Shown one piece after another: positions 27,980-36,749 of a DNA stretch of 64,000 nucleotides (position 1 is the stretch's first letter; each line of letters opens with the position of its first letter). Where the stretch lies: positions 1,223 through 65,222 of IMG/VR virus record IMGVR_UViG_3300006115_001097; one strand, 5' to 3'. The stretch is from a virus. Taxonomy: Duplodnaviria; Caudoviricetes. The position numbers and the translations under genes were made by a program. The notes beneath the pieces are model-generated. The model had not been told where the DNA came from. It saw nothing but the letters and a program-made list of their open reading frames with translations, and made no database searches.

Positions 27980-29939
27980 TATTGTAGATGCCATGAGCAT
28001 CGCCGAAGCCAAACGCACACAAGCACAACGCAATCGTGAACATTGCCGCACCGGTTGGCACAAAGAAGGATCAAAGGCCAGTCCCACTTATGGCAAAGAG
28101 GTCGAGGTCAATAACTGTGTTAAAAATGAAAGTGCGGCGGAAGGTGAGCATGATGCCGAATTCATTGATCACGAAGATAGTTTTTATAACATGGCCAACT
28201 TTGCTCATGAACAAATGCGTCAAGGTAAGTTATTACAAGATGTGGTTAAATATTTGGTAGACAATAACTATCTTGAGGGACGACAAGTTAGTACATTTGT
28301 AAAACAGGTGCGTGGCGAGAAATGGAATGAAGGCGTCGATGATACTGTAACATTTGGTGTTGACAGTGAAAAGGCCTACAATCATATTATGACAAAATTT
28401 GGCAAAGCGATCACTTGGCGTGGCGATGACATGGTGGCTCCACGTAAGTATTGGGCGGCTATACAACAATTGGCACACGACGCCGGCGGAGCAACTGAAG
28501 AAACCGGATACGAACGGGACGTAGCTGAGACCACAGGCGATAAGCCTTTTGATAATATGATGAAAACTATTAAAACGGGCACAAAAAAACAAGCCACTGC
28601 AGATAGACGCAAACAAAAAAAGCAAGACCAAGAAAGAACAAGAACCGCTATTAGCAATATGTTTGGCAGTAGCATGGATCAATTGAAAAATTTAAAAATT
28701 AAAGAGCAAGGTGTGGCGGAAGGCTTGGAACAAACTCCCGATCAGGTGCGGCAAACTCTCAATGCCTGGATGGAGCGAGATCAGCAATACACGGATCCAA
28801 CCCAACGGGCCGGGGACCAAGCAAAAGTTTGGCCCTACATTCAGCAGAACATAAAAACTATACTTGCAGACAAAGGTGAGGACGGTAAAGGTAGTTATCC
28901 GGCGGCACCTTATGCGGCTTGGTTATTAGTTCAACACATGGATGCTTATCCGCAAAATCAAATTGAATTTTACAACGCACTAAAACAGGCTATACCCAAT
29001 CATCCTAAGATCCAATTCTTAAGAGATCGTGCGGCAGTGAATCAATGGATATTACAAAATGCCAATAATCCTAAGTATTATTACAATAGTGAACCATTGC
29101 CCAATCCCACAGTAAATGTGCGTAATCCTGCCATGTTCAAAGATGCTGGTATAGTAGCTACAAGTAGAAAAGAAGCATTAAAGAATGCTATAAATGCAGG
29201 AAATAAATTGTTGGTGGCTGCGGTTCGAGCAACTAAGGCAAAAACACAACCAAGTTATAAGCAAGGCGTCGAGGAAGGCTGGAAAGGCAAACTAGCCGGT
29301 GCTGCTCTAGCAGGAGCAGTAGGCGCTGGTGCAATGGGCTATCACGATGCCACTCCTGATATTGAATACAAGGGGTATACATTCCAACATGCACCGCTCA
29401 ATGTCAAAGTGCCTGGATCAGCACACTATGTCAAATTGGATGGCAAAGAATACTTGATGTGGAAAAGCAACAAGCCTGCACTACCCGGTAATCCAGAATT
29501 TTTATACAAACTCAAAAGCGAAGGCGATGCAGAAAATCTTGCTGGTCTGGAAGAAGATTCATGGCATGGTGAAGGTGATGCTTGGCATGGCCAAGGGCAA
29601 GTAATGGAATATGCAGATGCACATATGGTTCCAAACGATAGTGCAAGTGCTATCCCGGGAACATCCGAGCTTGACGAAAATACACCTAGTAGACAATCAC
29701 TGATTGACTTACTAAAAGATCAGGTTGATGTTAGTCATTTAGAATTACTTACATACGATGAATTGTTAAAAGTATGTGAACATTATGGCATTGAATTGAA
29801 CGAGTATAATTCTGCAGATCCTGCAATGGGACCAAGTCCAGATGACTCACAAAGTCCAATTCATGAAATGACACAACAAGAACGACGTTTAGTTGCTTTG
29901 TATCTAGCAGAAATGAAACGTGCGGGATACTTTGAATAA
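27966..29939 (+). CDS. Mosaic putative internal-head polyprotein containing a DUF6624-like module
   Basis: Likely start MFLNDIV at 27966; QGVAEG...QGVEEG bracket a module with AAWLLVQHMD. Confidence 0.6.
   Translation: MFLNDIVDAMSIAEAKRTQAQRNREHCRTGWHKEGSKASPTYGKEVEVNNCVKNESAAEGEHDAEFIDHEDSFYNMANFAHEQMRQGKLLQDVVKYLVDNNYLEGRQVSTFVKQVRGEKWNEGVDDTVTFGVDSEKAYNHIMTKFGKAITWRGDDMVAPRKYWAAIQQLAHDAGGATEETGYERDVAETTGDKPFDNMMKTIKTGTKKQATADRRKQKKQDQERTRTAISNMFGSSMDQLKNLKIKEQGVAEGLEQTPDQVRQTLNAWMERDQQYTDPTQRAGDQAKVWPYIQQNIKTILADKGEDGKGSYPAAPYAAWLLVQHMDAYPQNQIEFYNALKQAIPNHPKIQFLRDRAAVNQWILQNANNPKYYYNSEPLPNPTVNVRNPAMFKDAGIVATSRKEALKNAINAGNKLLVAAVRATKAKTQPSYKQGVEEGWKGKLAGAALAGAVGAGAMGYHDATPDIEYKGYTFQHAPLNVKVPGSAHYVKLDGKEYLMWKSNKPALPGNPEFLYKLKSEGDAENLAGLEEDSWHGEGDAWHGQGQVMEYADAHMVPNDSASAIPGTSELDENTPSRQSLIDLLKDQVDVSHLELLTYDELLKVCEHYGIELNEYNSADPAMGPSPDDSQSPIHEMTQQERRLVALYLAEMKRAGYFE
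28705..28724 (+). repeat. 20-bp repeat copy 4 (AGCAAGGTGTGGCGGAAGGC)
   Basis: 19/20 identical to copy 2. Confidence 0.9.
29260..29279 (+). repeat. 20-bp repeat copy 5, degenerate (AGCAAGGCGTCGAGGAAGGC)
   Basis: 17/20 identical to copy 4. Confidence 0.75.
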
Positions 29940-29948
29940 ATATACATT

Positions 29949-30386
29949 ATGAATGAAGAATTAATTAACTCCGCTAAAATTGCTTTTGCCAGCAGTTTTA
30001 GTTTTTATTTAAAAAGTCACAACTTTCACTGGAACGTAGAAGGTCCTGCATTTTATCAATACCATAAACTATTTCAAAAGATATACGAAGATGTTTATGG
30101 TAGCATTGATGATTTTGCAGAAAACATTCGCAAAAGTGGTGGATATGTTCCTGCTAGTTATACACGATTTAGTACACTAACTGAAATTGCAGACGAAACA
30201 CAAATTCTTCCAGCAGAAGAAATGGTACTTGTATTATTAGAAGATGCTGAACACATGATGGGTATACTTAAAGTTGTATACGACCTAGCCGAATCGGCTG
30301 GCGAACATGGATTCTCTAACTTCTTGGCCGAACGCATTGATGCGTTCCGTAAACATGCATGGATGCTACGAGCAACAACAAAATGA
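29949..30386 (+). CDS. dps: Dps/ferritin-like protein
   Basis: HNFHWNVEGP.F..YH.LF, DD.AE.IR, HAWML. Confidence 0.9.
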   Translation: MNEELINSAKIAFASSFSFYLKSHNFHWNVEGPAFYQYHKLFQKIYEDVYGSIDDFAENIRKSGGYVPASYTRFSTLTEIADETQILPAEEMVLVLLEDAEHMMGILKVVYDLAESAGEHGFSNFLAERIDAFRKHAWMLRATTK

Positions 30387-31600
30387 GAGCAAGTGAATTT
30401 TTAATCGAATCCAAGGGCACCACACTGGGTGGATTCACAGTCAAGCCCCTACACATCGGCGGCGAAGTTGATGAAGCATTAAAACTGGATGCACCACAAA
30501 AGTCATGGCCCAAACAACACATGCAAGCCTACTTGGACCGTATCAAGACTGGTACCAAAACCAAACAAGATCGTTTCAAGCCCATCATCCACGGCAGCAA
30601 TGTTAAGGCCATTACCAAAGACGACGGAACAACAGAATGGGACCTAGAAGATCTCAAGCGTCAAATCACCACCCCGCCTAGAGCTATTCTGGGTTCCAAT
30701 GCTAAGATGAGCAAGAGCAAAAAAGAAGGTTCTATTACATATGACTTGACCTTGCCGGCCCTAAACGGCATTGTGGTAGATGAAGAAACCGGCGAATTTG
30801 TGGAAATCACAACCTGCCCTGGTGCAGGAGAATGCCAACACTACTGTTATGCTCGCAAGGGCGGATATGTAATGTTCCCAGCAAGTTCAATGAGTGCGGC
30901 ACAAGCACTCAACTTCTTGGTTAACCATCCTAGCGAATACATGGAGATGTTTGATCAAGAAGTTAAAAAAGCCAAAGCACTAGCACAAAAGAATGGTATC
31001 AAACTTCTAGTTCGTGTGCATGATGCAGGTGACTTCTTCTCTAAAGAATACTATGATCTGGTAATGGGTGTTAAAGCCAACAACCCAGACTGCAAGTTTT
31101 ACTTCTATACCAAGATGGGAGATATTGCATCGGCGGATCAGCCAGATGATGTCATTGGACAATTCAGTCCGGGCGCCAAGAGTCGCGAGGTCAAAACAGT
31201 GCAGGTCGCACGTGATGCTGGCAAGCATGTGAAGGATGCTGTGACCCTGCCAAAAGAAATGTTCCGTGACTTGTTTGTTACAGATGCCAAAGGCAAGTAT
31301 GTGAAAGACGCAGAAGGCCGCACACAGGTCCGGAGCCCAGAAGATTGGGAACACTTCAAGCACGAGCTGGCCGCTACTTACAAGATTGACCCACAGTCAA
31401 TCATCACCTATGATCAGATGGTCAAGATTCCTGAACCTGGTCCCATTGGTGAAAAGAATGTACTGCAAAAAGATGGCACAGTTAAAAAAGTGCCAGTTTA
31501 TGTTCCAGCCAAATGGAATGTTGTAGTATTCCCAGCAGGACACGGTGATCTAGGCGCAGCAAGACGTGATGTGCAAAAACAGTTCTTGATGTTCCACTAA
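30383..31600 (+). CDS. Phage Gp88-like Fe-S/radical-SAM-like protein with a CTS-like N-terminus
   Basis: TCPGAGEC..YCYA, RVHDAGDF, YFYTK; start MRASEFLIE by ATGA overlap with dps. Confidence 0.65.
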   Translation: MRASEFLIESKGTTLGGFTVKPLHIGGEVDEALKLDAPQKSWPKQHMQAYLDRIKTGTKTKQDRFKPIIHGSNVKAITKDDGTTEWDLEDLKRQITTPPRAILGSNAKMSKSKKEGSITYDLTLPALNGIVVDEETGEFVEITTCPGAGECQHYCYARKGGYVMFPASSMSAAQALNFLVNHPSEYMEMFDQEVKKAKALAQKNGIKLLVRVHDAGDFFSKEYYDLVMGVKANNPDCKFYFYTKMGDIASADQPDDVIGQFSPGAKSREVKTVQVARDAGKHVKDAVTLPKEMFRDLFVTDAKGKYVKDAEGRTQVRSPEDWEHFKHELAATYKIDPQSIITYDQMVKIPEPGPIGEKNVLQKDGTVKKVPVYVPAKWNVVVFPAGHGDLGAARRDVQKQFLMFH

Positions 31601-31609
31601 ATACTCATT

Positions 31610-34600
31610 ATGCGAGCAAAAGAGTATTCTAAAGAAAGCGACAACCGTGCATTTGTACAAAAGTACATTCCTTGGATCGCTGAGCAATTGGGAATTAAAG
31701 AACTTCCTGAAATCACATTGTTAGATGCTCCTGTTGATACAACTTTTGGGCAGTATAACCCAGAAACAAAAACTCTAAATGTTGTTATTGCCAATCGCAA
31801 TCCTGTAGATGTGCTACGTACACTGGCACATGAACTAACACATCACAAACAAAACTTAGCTGGCGAGTTGACTGCGGGCGCAGGCGAAACTGGTACTCCA
31901 CAAGAAAACGAAGCCAATGCCAATGCTGGCGTTGTTATGCGTGACTTTGCCAAAGACAATCCTGAATACTTTGGTTTGGAAAAAAGTAGTATAACCGAAG
32001 AAGCATTTAACGGCATAGATATCACTCTTGAAATACAAAAAGATGATGAATATGTTGATGATGACGATTATGATAACCAAGTAATGTATGTTACTGCTAC
32101 AAGTAACGGTCGTGAGTTAGGGCATGTGTTATTTGCCTTCGACGGTGATGAACTATTACCACAAGACCTAGAAGTTGAAGAACGCTATCGTGGACAAGGC
32201 ATTGCCCAAACCATGTATGACTATGTGACTAGTAAAGGTTATAAGATACGCCGTAGTGGTCAACAAACTGATGCTGGTGCCGGCTTTTGGGCAAAACATC
32301 GACCTGAACAAAATGTTTGGGAGGAAACAACAAAAAATCCTGCACAAGATCCCGCAGTTGTGGCACTGTTAAATAAAATGAATTATCGCATGTGGTCTAA
32401 AGGTGATGGCGAATACATGATGACCTTTAAAAACACACAGCTTGAATTCAACAGTGCCGGAGTATTTTATAACGGTCCACCAGTGAAAGGGCCCAACGGT
32501 GTCAAACCCAATTTTGGAATTAAATGGCGTCATGATCCCGAATGGTATAGTCCAAGAGGCGAAATAAGTTTTGAACATGCTTGGAAAATGGGATTATTCC
32601 CGAAAATTCAAGGGATATATCCATATCTCCAAGAAATGGATAAACAGGGCCATAGCGATCGCAACAACTGTCTCAAAATAGATCAAGCGATAGTAAAATC
32701 CGCTATCGACCATGTTTGCAGTCAAAACACACCAGTCAATGAAGACAGTGTAGACGATAAAAAACATCAGTCTGAATTAATCGACTCATTAGAAAATTGG
32801 ATGGCCATGGAGTACAATTTCCAAGACATTGAAACTATTCTAATGAGTCCCGAGTCAAGACCGTTTACACGACCGCCTGCAAGTGTACAATGGGTGTATC
32901 GTGCTATTGTGCCGCGTAGTCGAAGATTAAATTCAATCAAAGCCCGTGGACCTGTCGTGGCCTATGCTACACGTATAGAAGGTGCTATTGAATTTGTACG
33001 TGGCTTGGATACAATAGATCCGTGGTTAATTGTTCGTAAACCATTCAACCCTGCAGATATGCTATTGGATTTTACCACTATGTATGAGACTATCGTACAA
33101 CCAGATGCATATAGTGGATACGCAGTCGAGCATGAAGTTTGGATGAGATCTACACCCGCATATAACAAAGCAACTAAACAAGAAGTTGTTTTGACCAGCG
33201 CACAGTATTATGCAGATAACTATGCCGAAAGCATCCACGAAGACAGTGGCGAGAATGAATGGAATGAATTATCTCCAAAAGTCTCTAAGGATACCAATGC
33301 AACTCCTGCAATTAAAGATTTGCAACATGATTTAAAAGAGCCATATAGTTACGATGCAATAGATCACATGATGACTGCTATTGCTAAAAAATACAACATG
33401 ACTCCACATGACCTACATTTGTTATTTGTTGATAAAGTGGGAGCTACTCCAGACGTTTGGATTAGAAGCCGTGGTGCAGATCCTGACAAATGGACTAGTA
33501 AAGATATTGAAGAGAACTTTGCTGATGGCAAGAAGCCCGGACGTAAAGGTCTTGCTAAACGCAGTGGTGTTAATACCAAAGCCAGTGTAAGTAGTCTACG
33601 CAAAACCGCTAAACATTCAACTGGTGAAAAGGCTCGTATGGCACACTGGTTGGCCAATATGAAGGCTGGCAAAAAGAAGCATGCCAAAGAAGACGTAGAT
33701 GAAGCCGTCGGCGAAAAGAAACTGGTTATATTTGACATTGACGATACACTAGTAACTACCAATACTCGAGTTGGGGTAGTTCGAGATGGTAAAACCATCA
33801 AGACACTAGACAGTCATGAGTTTACCTTGTACAAAAAGCAACCTGGCGAGGAATTTGACTTTGGGGCATTTAGAGATGCCGAAGACTTTTTCAAACACGC
33901 ACAGCCAATTGCTCCTATGATCGAACAGTTAAAAGATGACATTGCAACTGGTAATAAAGTTGTAATGGTTACTGCACGAAGTGATTTCAACAATAAAGAA
34001 ATATTCTTAAAAACATTTGAACAATGGAATGTGGACATGTCAAAGGTACATGTATACCGTGCTGGCAATGATACAGACCCTGTGCCAATTGATGAAAAGA
34101 AAGCACGTATTATACGTAGACTACTAAATGGGCATCCTTATAACAAAGCCATTATGTATGATGATTCACGACCAAATTTGGAATCATTTTTAAAGTTACG
34201 ACAAGAATATCCCAATACTAGATTTTATGCCTGGCATGTGGACCACAGTGGACATGCTAGCGAGTACGCACGTGCCGTAGATGAAAGTTTATTTGAAGCT
34301 GAAGTTGCCAATCAAGTTACTGATGCTGTAATAGATTTTTACCAAGATGAAGTTGGTGAAGTCGCTCGACAACCTGTTGACAATTACGTTGAACAAGCAC
34401 AAGCATTATTAGCCAAAGCCGATCCTTCAGTTCGCGGACAAGTTAAAGAAATTCTAGTTAAAGCTAAAACAAATCCTTATATACAAGGTGGTGTAATAAC
34501 AACCATTGGTACACTATTAACTGGTGGCTTGTTGCACATAGCGCAAAATGTACAACTTTCCCCGGCACAGACCAATATGTTGTTACAGGCAGTATTGAAT

Positions 34601-35386
34601 ACTGTTATACCAACTGTGGTAAGTCGAGTCAATGGCAAAAATTGGATTGACACTGTAAAATATACATTGGCTAGTGCTGGTATTGGTATAGGTATTAGTA
34701 CCATAAGCGAAGATGAAATTACCGAAATTGAAAATTTGAAATCATACCATTATACAGGTGGTAAAGATGTGTTAAAACATCCTATGTATACTGATCCCAG
34801 AAAGGTAAGCCGAAAGAACATAAAACCGTTACCGGGTGGCAGTGGATTAAATTATGCCACCATTGACAATGGACGTTTGTTAGAAATAAGAATATTAGAT
34901 CAATCAGGGCAAGAAGCTATTGGACAATTGAAATTGCTGCGGGTAAGTTTTCCTATCGATAATGCATACCAAGTGAGTACTGTCACAGTGGATGAAGATT
35001 ATCGAGGAAAGGGCATTGCCAAGTCCCTGTATGGTGTTGCACTAAGCATATTAAAAATAACCTTGATTGCCGGATCACAACAAACACCCGGCGGTAAACG
35101 TAATTGGATGAGTCTAGCACAAATTCCCGGAGTTGAAGTTCGCGGCTACGTAGAATTGGATAATAATGATATCAACAAAGAGAAAAATGTTGACACAGTG
35201 ATGGGACAATTGGGCGGTGACTATCTTGGAGAAGACGAGGATGGCAATATGATTTTTGCTTTTGATGTAGTGCCTGGTACAGGATCATTAACTCCGGCAG
35301 TAAAAACCAAATTAAACAAACTCTATTATGGTGAATACGATATGTTGTACGTAACTGGATTGTATGCACGTTGGGCAGGACAATAA
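31610..35386 (+). CDS. 1258-aa multidomain putative internal-head polyprotein (HExxH, GNAT, ART-like, basic module, HAD, TM-like segment, GNAT)
   Basis: LAHELTHH; YRGQGIAQTMY; YRAI...AYAT...EHEVW; FDIDDTL...VTARS...YDDS; YRGKGIAKSLY. Confidence 0.75.
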   Translation: MRAKEYSKESDNRAFVQKYIPWIAEQLGIKELPEITLLDAPVDTTFGQYNPETKTLNVVIANRNPVDVLRTLAHELTHHKQNLAGELTAGAGETGTPQENEANANAGVVMRDFAKDNPEYFGLEKSSITEEAFNGIDITLEIQKDDEYVDDDDYDNQVMYVTATSNGRELGHVLFAFDGDELLPQDLEVEERYRGQGIAQTMYDYVTSKGYKIRRSGQQTDAGAGFWAKHRPEQNVWEETTKNPAQDPAVVALLNKMNYRMWSKGDGEYMMTFKNTQLEFNSAGVFYNGPPVKGPNGVKPNFGIKWRHDPEWYSPRGEISFEHAWKMGLFPKIQGIYPYLQEMDKQGHSDRNNCLKIDQAIVKSAIDHVCSQNTPVNEDSVDDKKHQSELIDSLENWMAMEYNFQDIETILMSPESRPFTRPPASVQWVYRAIVPRSRRLNSIKARGPVVAYATRIEGAIEFVRGLDTIDPWLIVRKPFNPADMLLDFTTMYETIVQPDAYSGYAVEHEVWMRSTPAYNKATKQEVVLTSAQYYADNYAESIHEDSGENEWNELSPKVSKDTNATPAIKDLQHDLKEPYSYDAIDHMMTAIAKKYNMTPHDLHLLFVDKVGATPDVWIRSRGADPDKWTSKDIEENFADGKKPGRKGLAKRSGVNTKASVSSLRKTAKHSTGEKARMAHWLANMKAGKKKHAKEDVDEAVGEKKLVIFDIDDTLVTTNTRVGVVRDGKTIKTLDSHEFTLYKKQPGEEFDFGAFRDAEDFFKHAQPIAPMIEQLKDDIATGNKVVMVTARSDFNNKEIFLKTFEQWNVDMSKVHVYRAGNDTDPVPIDEKKARIIRRLLNGHPYNKAIMYDDSRPNLESFLKLRQEYPNTRFYAWHVDHSGHASEYARAVDESLFEAEVANQVTDAVIDFYQDEVGEVARQPVDNYVEQAQALLAKADPSVRGQVKEILVKAKTNPYIQGGVITTIGTLLTGGLLHIAQNVQLSPAQTNMLLQAVLNTVIPTVVSRVNGKNWIDTVKYTLASAGIGIGISTISEDEITEIENLKSYHYTGGKDVLKHPMYTDPRKVSRKNIKPLPGGSGLNYATIDNGRLLEIRILDQSGQEAIGQLKLLRVSFPIDNAYQVSTVTVDEDYRGKGIAKSLYGVALSILKITLIAGSQQTPGGKRNWMSLAQIPGVEVRGYVELDNNDINKEKNVDTVMGQLGGDYLGEDEDGNMIFAFDVVPGTGSLTPAVKTKLNKLYYGEYDMLYVTGLYARWAGQ

Positions 35387-35457
35387 TGAACGAGTATCCA
35401 GTATATCCACAAGACGATGGTTACGATAGATTCCGTAATCCCTATAGCCCAGTATGA
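35386..35457 (+). CDS. 23-aa micro-protein MNEYPVYPQDDGYDRFRNPYSPV
   Basis: Start overlaps the upstream stop (TAATG) and stop overlaps the ACP start (ATGA). Confidence 0.6.
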   Translation: MNEYPVYPQDDGYDRFRNPYSPV

Positions 35458-35681
35458 TTACACAAGAACAACTATTTGAATTTATTGCTCAAGATCAAAA
35501 ACTTGATGCCGCCAATTGGACTTTGGAAACTACATTGGATAGCTTGGGCATAGATAGTTTAGCCAAAATGGAACTGGTGTTCCAATTAGAAGACAAATAT
35601 AAAATAACAATCCCCAATGACGATATTGCAGTAAACACTTTACAAGAAGTATTGGCGTTGGTCAACAGACACCTACCTTAG
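35454..35681 (+). CDS. acpP: Acyl carrier protein
   Basis: LGIDSLAKMEL...LED.Y.I.I with the phosphopantetheine Ser. Confidence 0.85.
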   Translation: MITQEQLFEFIAQDQKLDAANWTLETTLDSLGIDSLAKMELVFQLEDKYKITIPNDDIAVNTLQEVLALVNRHLP

Positions 35682-35759
35682 GACTTTATGTCACGGTGTG
35701 CCCGGCTGCTGGGCCGAAGTATATGGGAGTCGTGCCCCGGAATGTACTTCTAAAGTGAG
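35677..35759 (+). ncRNA. Candidate multi-stem structured RNA
   Basis: Stems ACTTTA/TAAAGT, GCCCGG/CTGGGC, GAAGTATAT/ATGTACTTC and GGG/CCC. Confidence 0.5.
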
Positions 35760-35769
35760 CATTTAACTA

Positions 35770-35798
35770 TTGCATTTTTTCAACAACTCCTATATAAT
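35770..35798 (+). promoter_or_regulatory. Sigma70-type promoter of the replication operon
   Basis: TTGCAT-17 bp-TATAAT. Confidence 0.7.
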
Positions 35799-35820
35799 AA
35801 TATTTTATATGGAGATTATT

Positions 35821-36090
35821 ATGGATAGTGGATATAATAGAACATTTAACGGTGATGCAAAGATCAAGTTAACACAATTGATCAATGAGGGATGCCAAGT
35901 AATGCAAGAAGTTGAAGATCTCAATACCGGACTTAATGAAACAATCAAAGCAATCGCAGAAGAATTGGAAATCAAACCTGCTACTCTAAAGCGAGCAGTT
36001 AAAATTGCACACAAAGCTAGACTAACTGACACCAATCGCGATCATGACGAGTTAAACACTATTTTAGAAACAGTTGGCAAAACTCTTTAA
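35821..36090 (+). CDS. T4 DsbA/GapR-like dsDNA-binding protein
   Basis: Helical 89 aa, ETIKAIAEELEIKPATLKRAVKIA; GGAG RBS before ATG 35821. Confidence 0.55.
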   Translation: MDSGYNRTFNGDAKIKLTQLINEGCQVMQEVEDLNTGLNETIKAIAEELEIKPATLKRAVKIAHKARLTDTNRDHDELNTILETVGKTL

Positions 36091-36749
36091 TGGTAGGATA
36101 TCGCAAGGACAATTTCATTTACATAATGATTCCCAAAAATGCTTGCACAACTTATAGCGAGTTGTTGGAGCGACATGGGTGGGTACGTTTTGAAATTGAC
36201 GTCACTGCCGATTATTCTAAATATATTTTATGGGCGCATATCCAAAATCCAAGTGTTAGGCATACAAAAGGACTAGAACAATATCTTGGTATAACCTTTG
36301 GTTCTAAAGAGTATAATGAATACGCTAAGACAATAGTCAACATATTATCCGATCCTATTGCAAGCAAATTAATAGTAAGTGGAGTTTTTGATCAACATAC
36401 TTATAGTTTAGCGTTAATGTTAGGTCCGTTATTTCATCCACAACGTCTAGTATGGATTCCGTTGGACATTCAAGTATGGGATGAATCAAAAATGTGTTAT
36501 TTGGATGGTGACGGACTCACCAACAACTTTTTTAAAGAAAATAATATAGCTATTACGGTAACCAAAGAAGATCACAAAAACGTCTCCAATGACAATCAAA
36601 AACTTGTACGCAACGAAATTGATAAGTTAAAAGAAAAATATTCTGAACAGTTTGGAGCATTATGGGCTAATATACTAAATCCAGATCGTGTTTTATATGA
36701 AAAAGTTATAGGTTTTTACATTCAAAAATTTCAAACAAAAAATAAATGA
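36090..36749 (+). CDS. Sulfotransferase-family-2-like protein
   Basis: YIMIPKNACTT (IPKxAxT-type PAPS loop), QNP..R. Confidence 0.5.
   Translation: MVGYRKDNFIYIMIPKNACTTYSELLERHGWVRFEIDVTADYSKYILWAHIQNPSVRHTKGLEQYLGITFGSKEYNEYAKTIVNILSDPIASKLIVSGVFDQHTYSLALMLGPLFHPQRLVWIPLDIQVWDESKMCYLDGDGLTNNFFKENNIAITVTKEDHKNVSNDNQKLVRNEIDKLKEKYSEQFGALWANILNPDRVLYEKVIGFYIQKFQTKNK

Noticed and set aside
26341-29279. The 20-bp repeats as a CRISPR array
   Set aside because: Spacing is hundreds of bp and irregular, the copies are in-frame coding, they are not palindromic, and there are no cas genes
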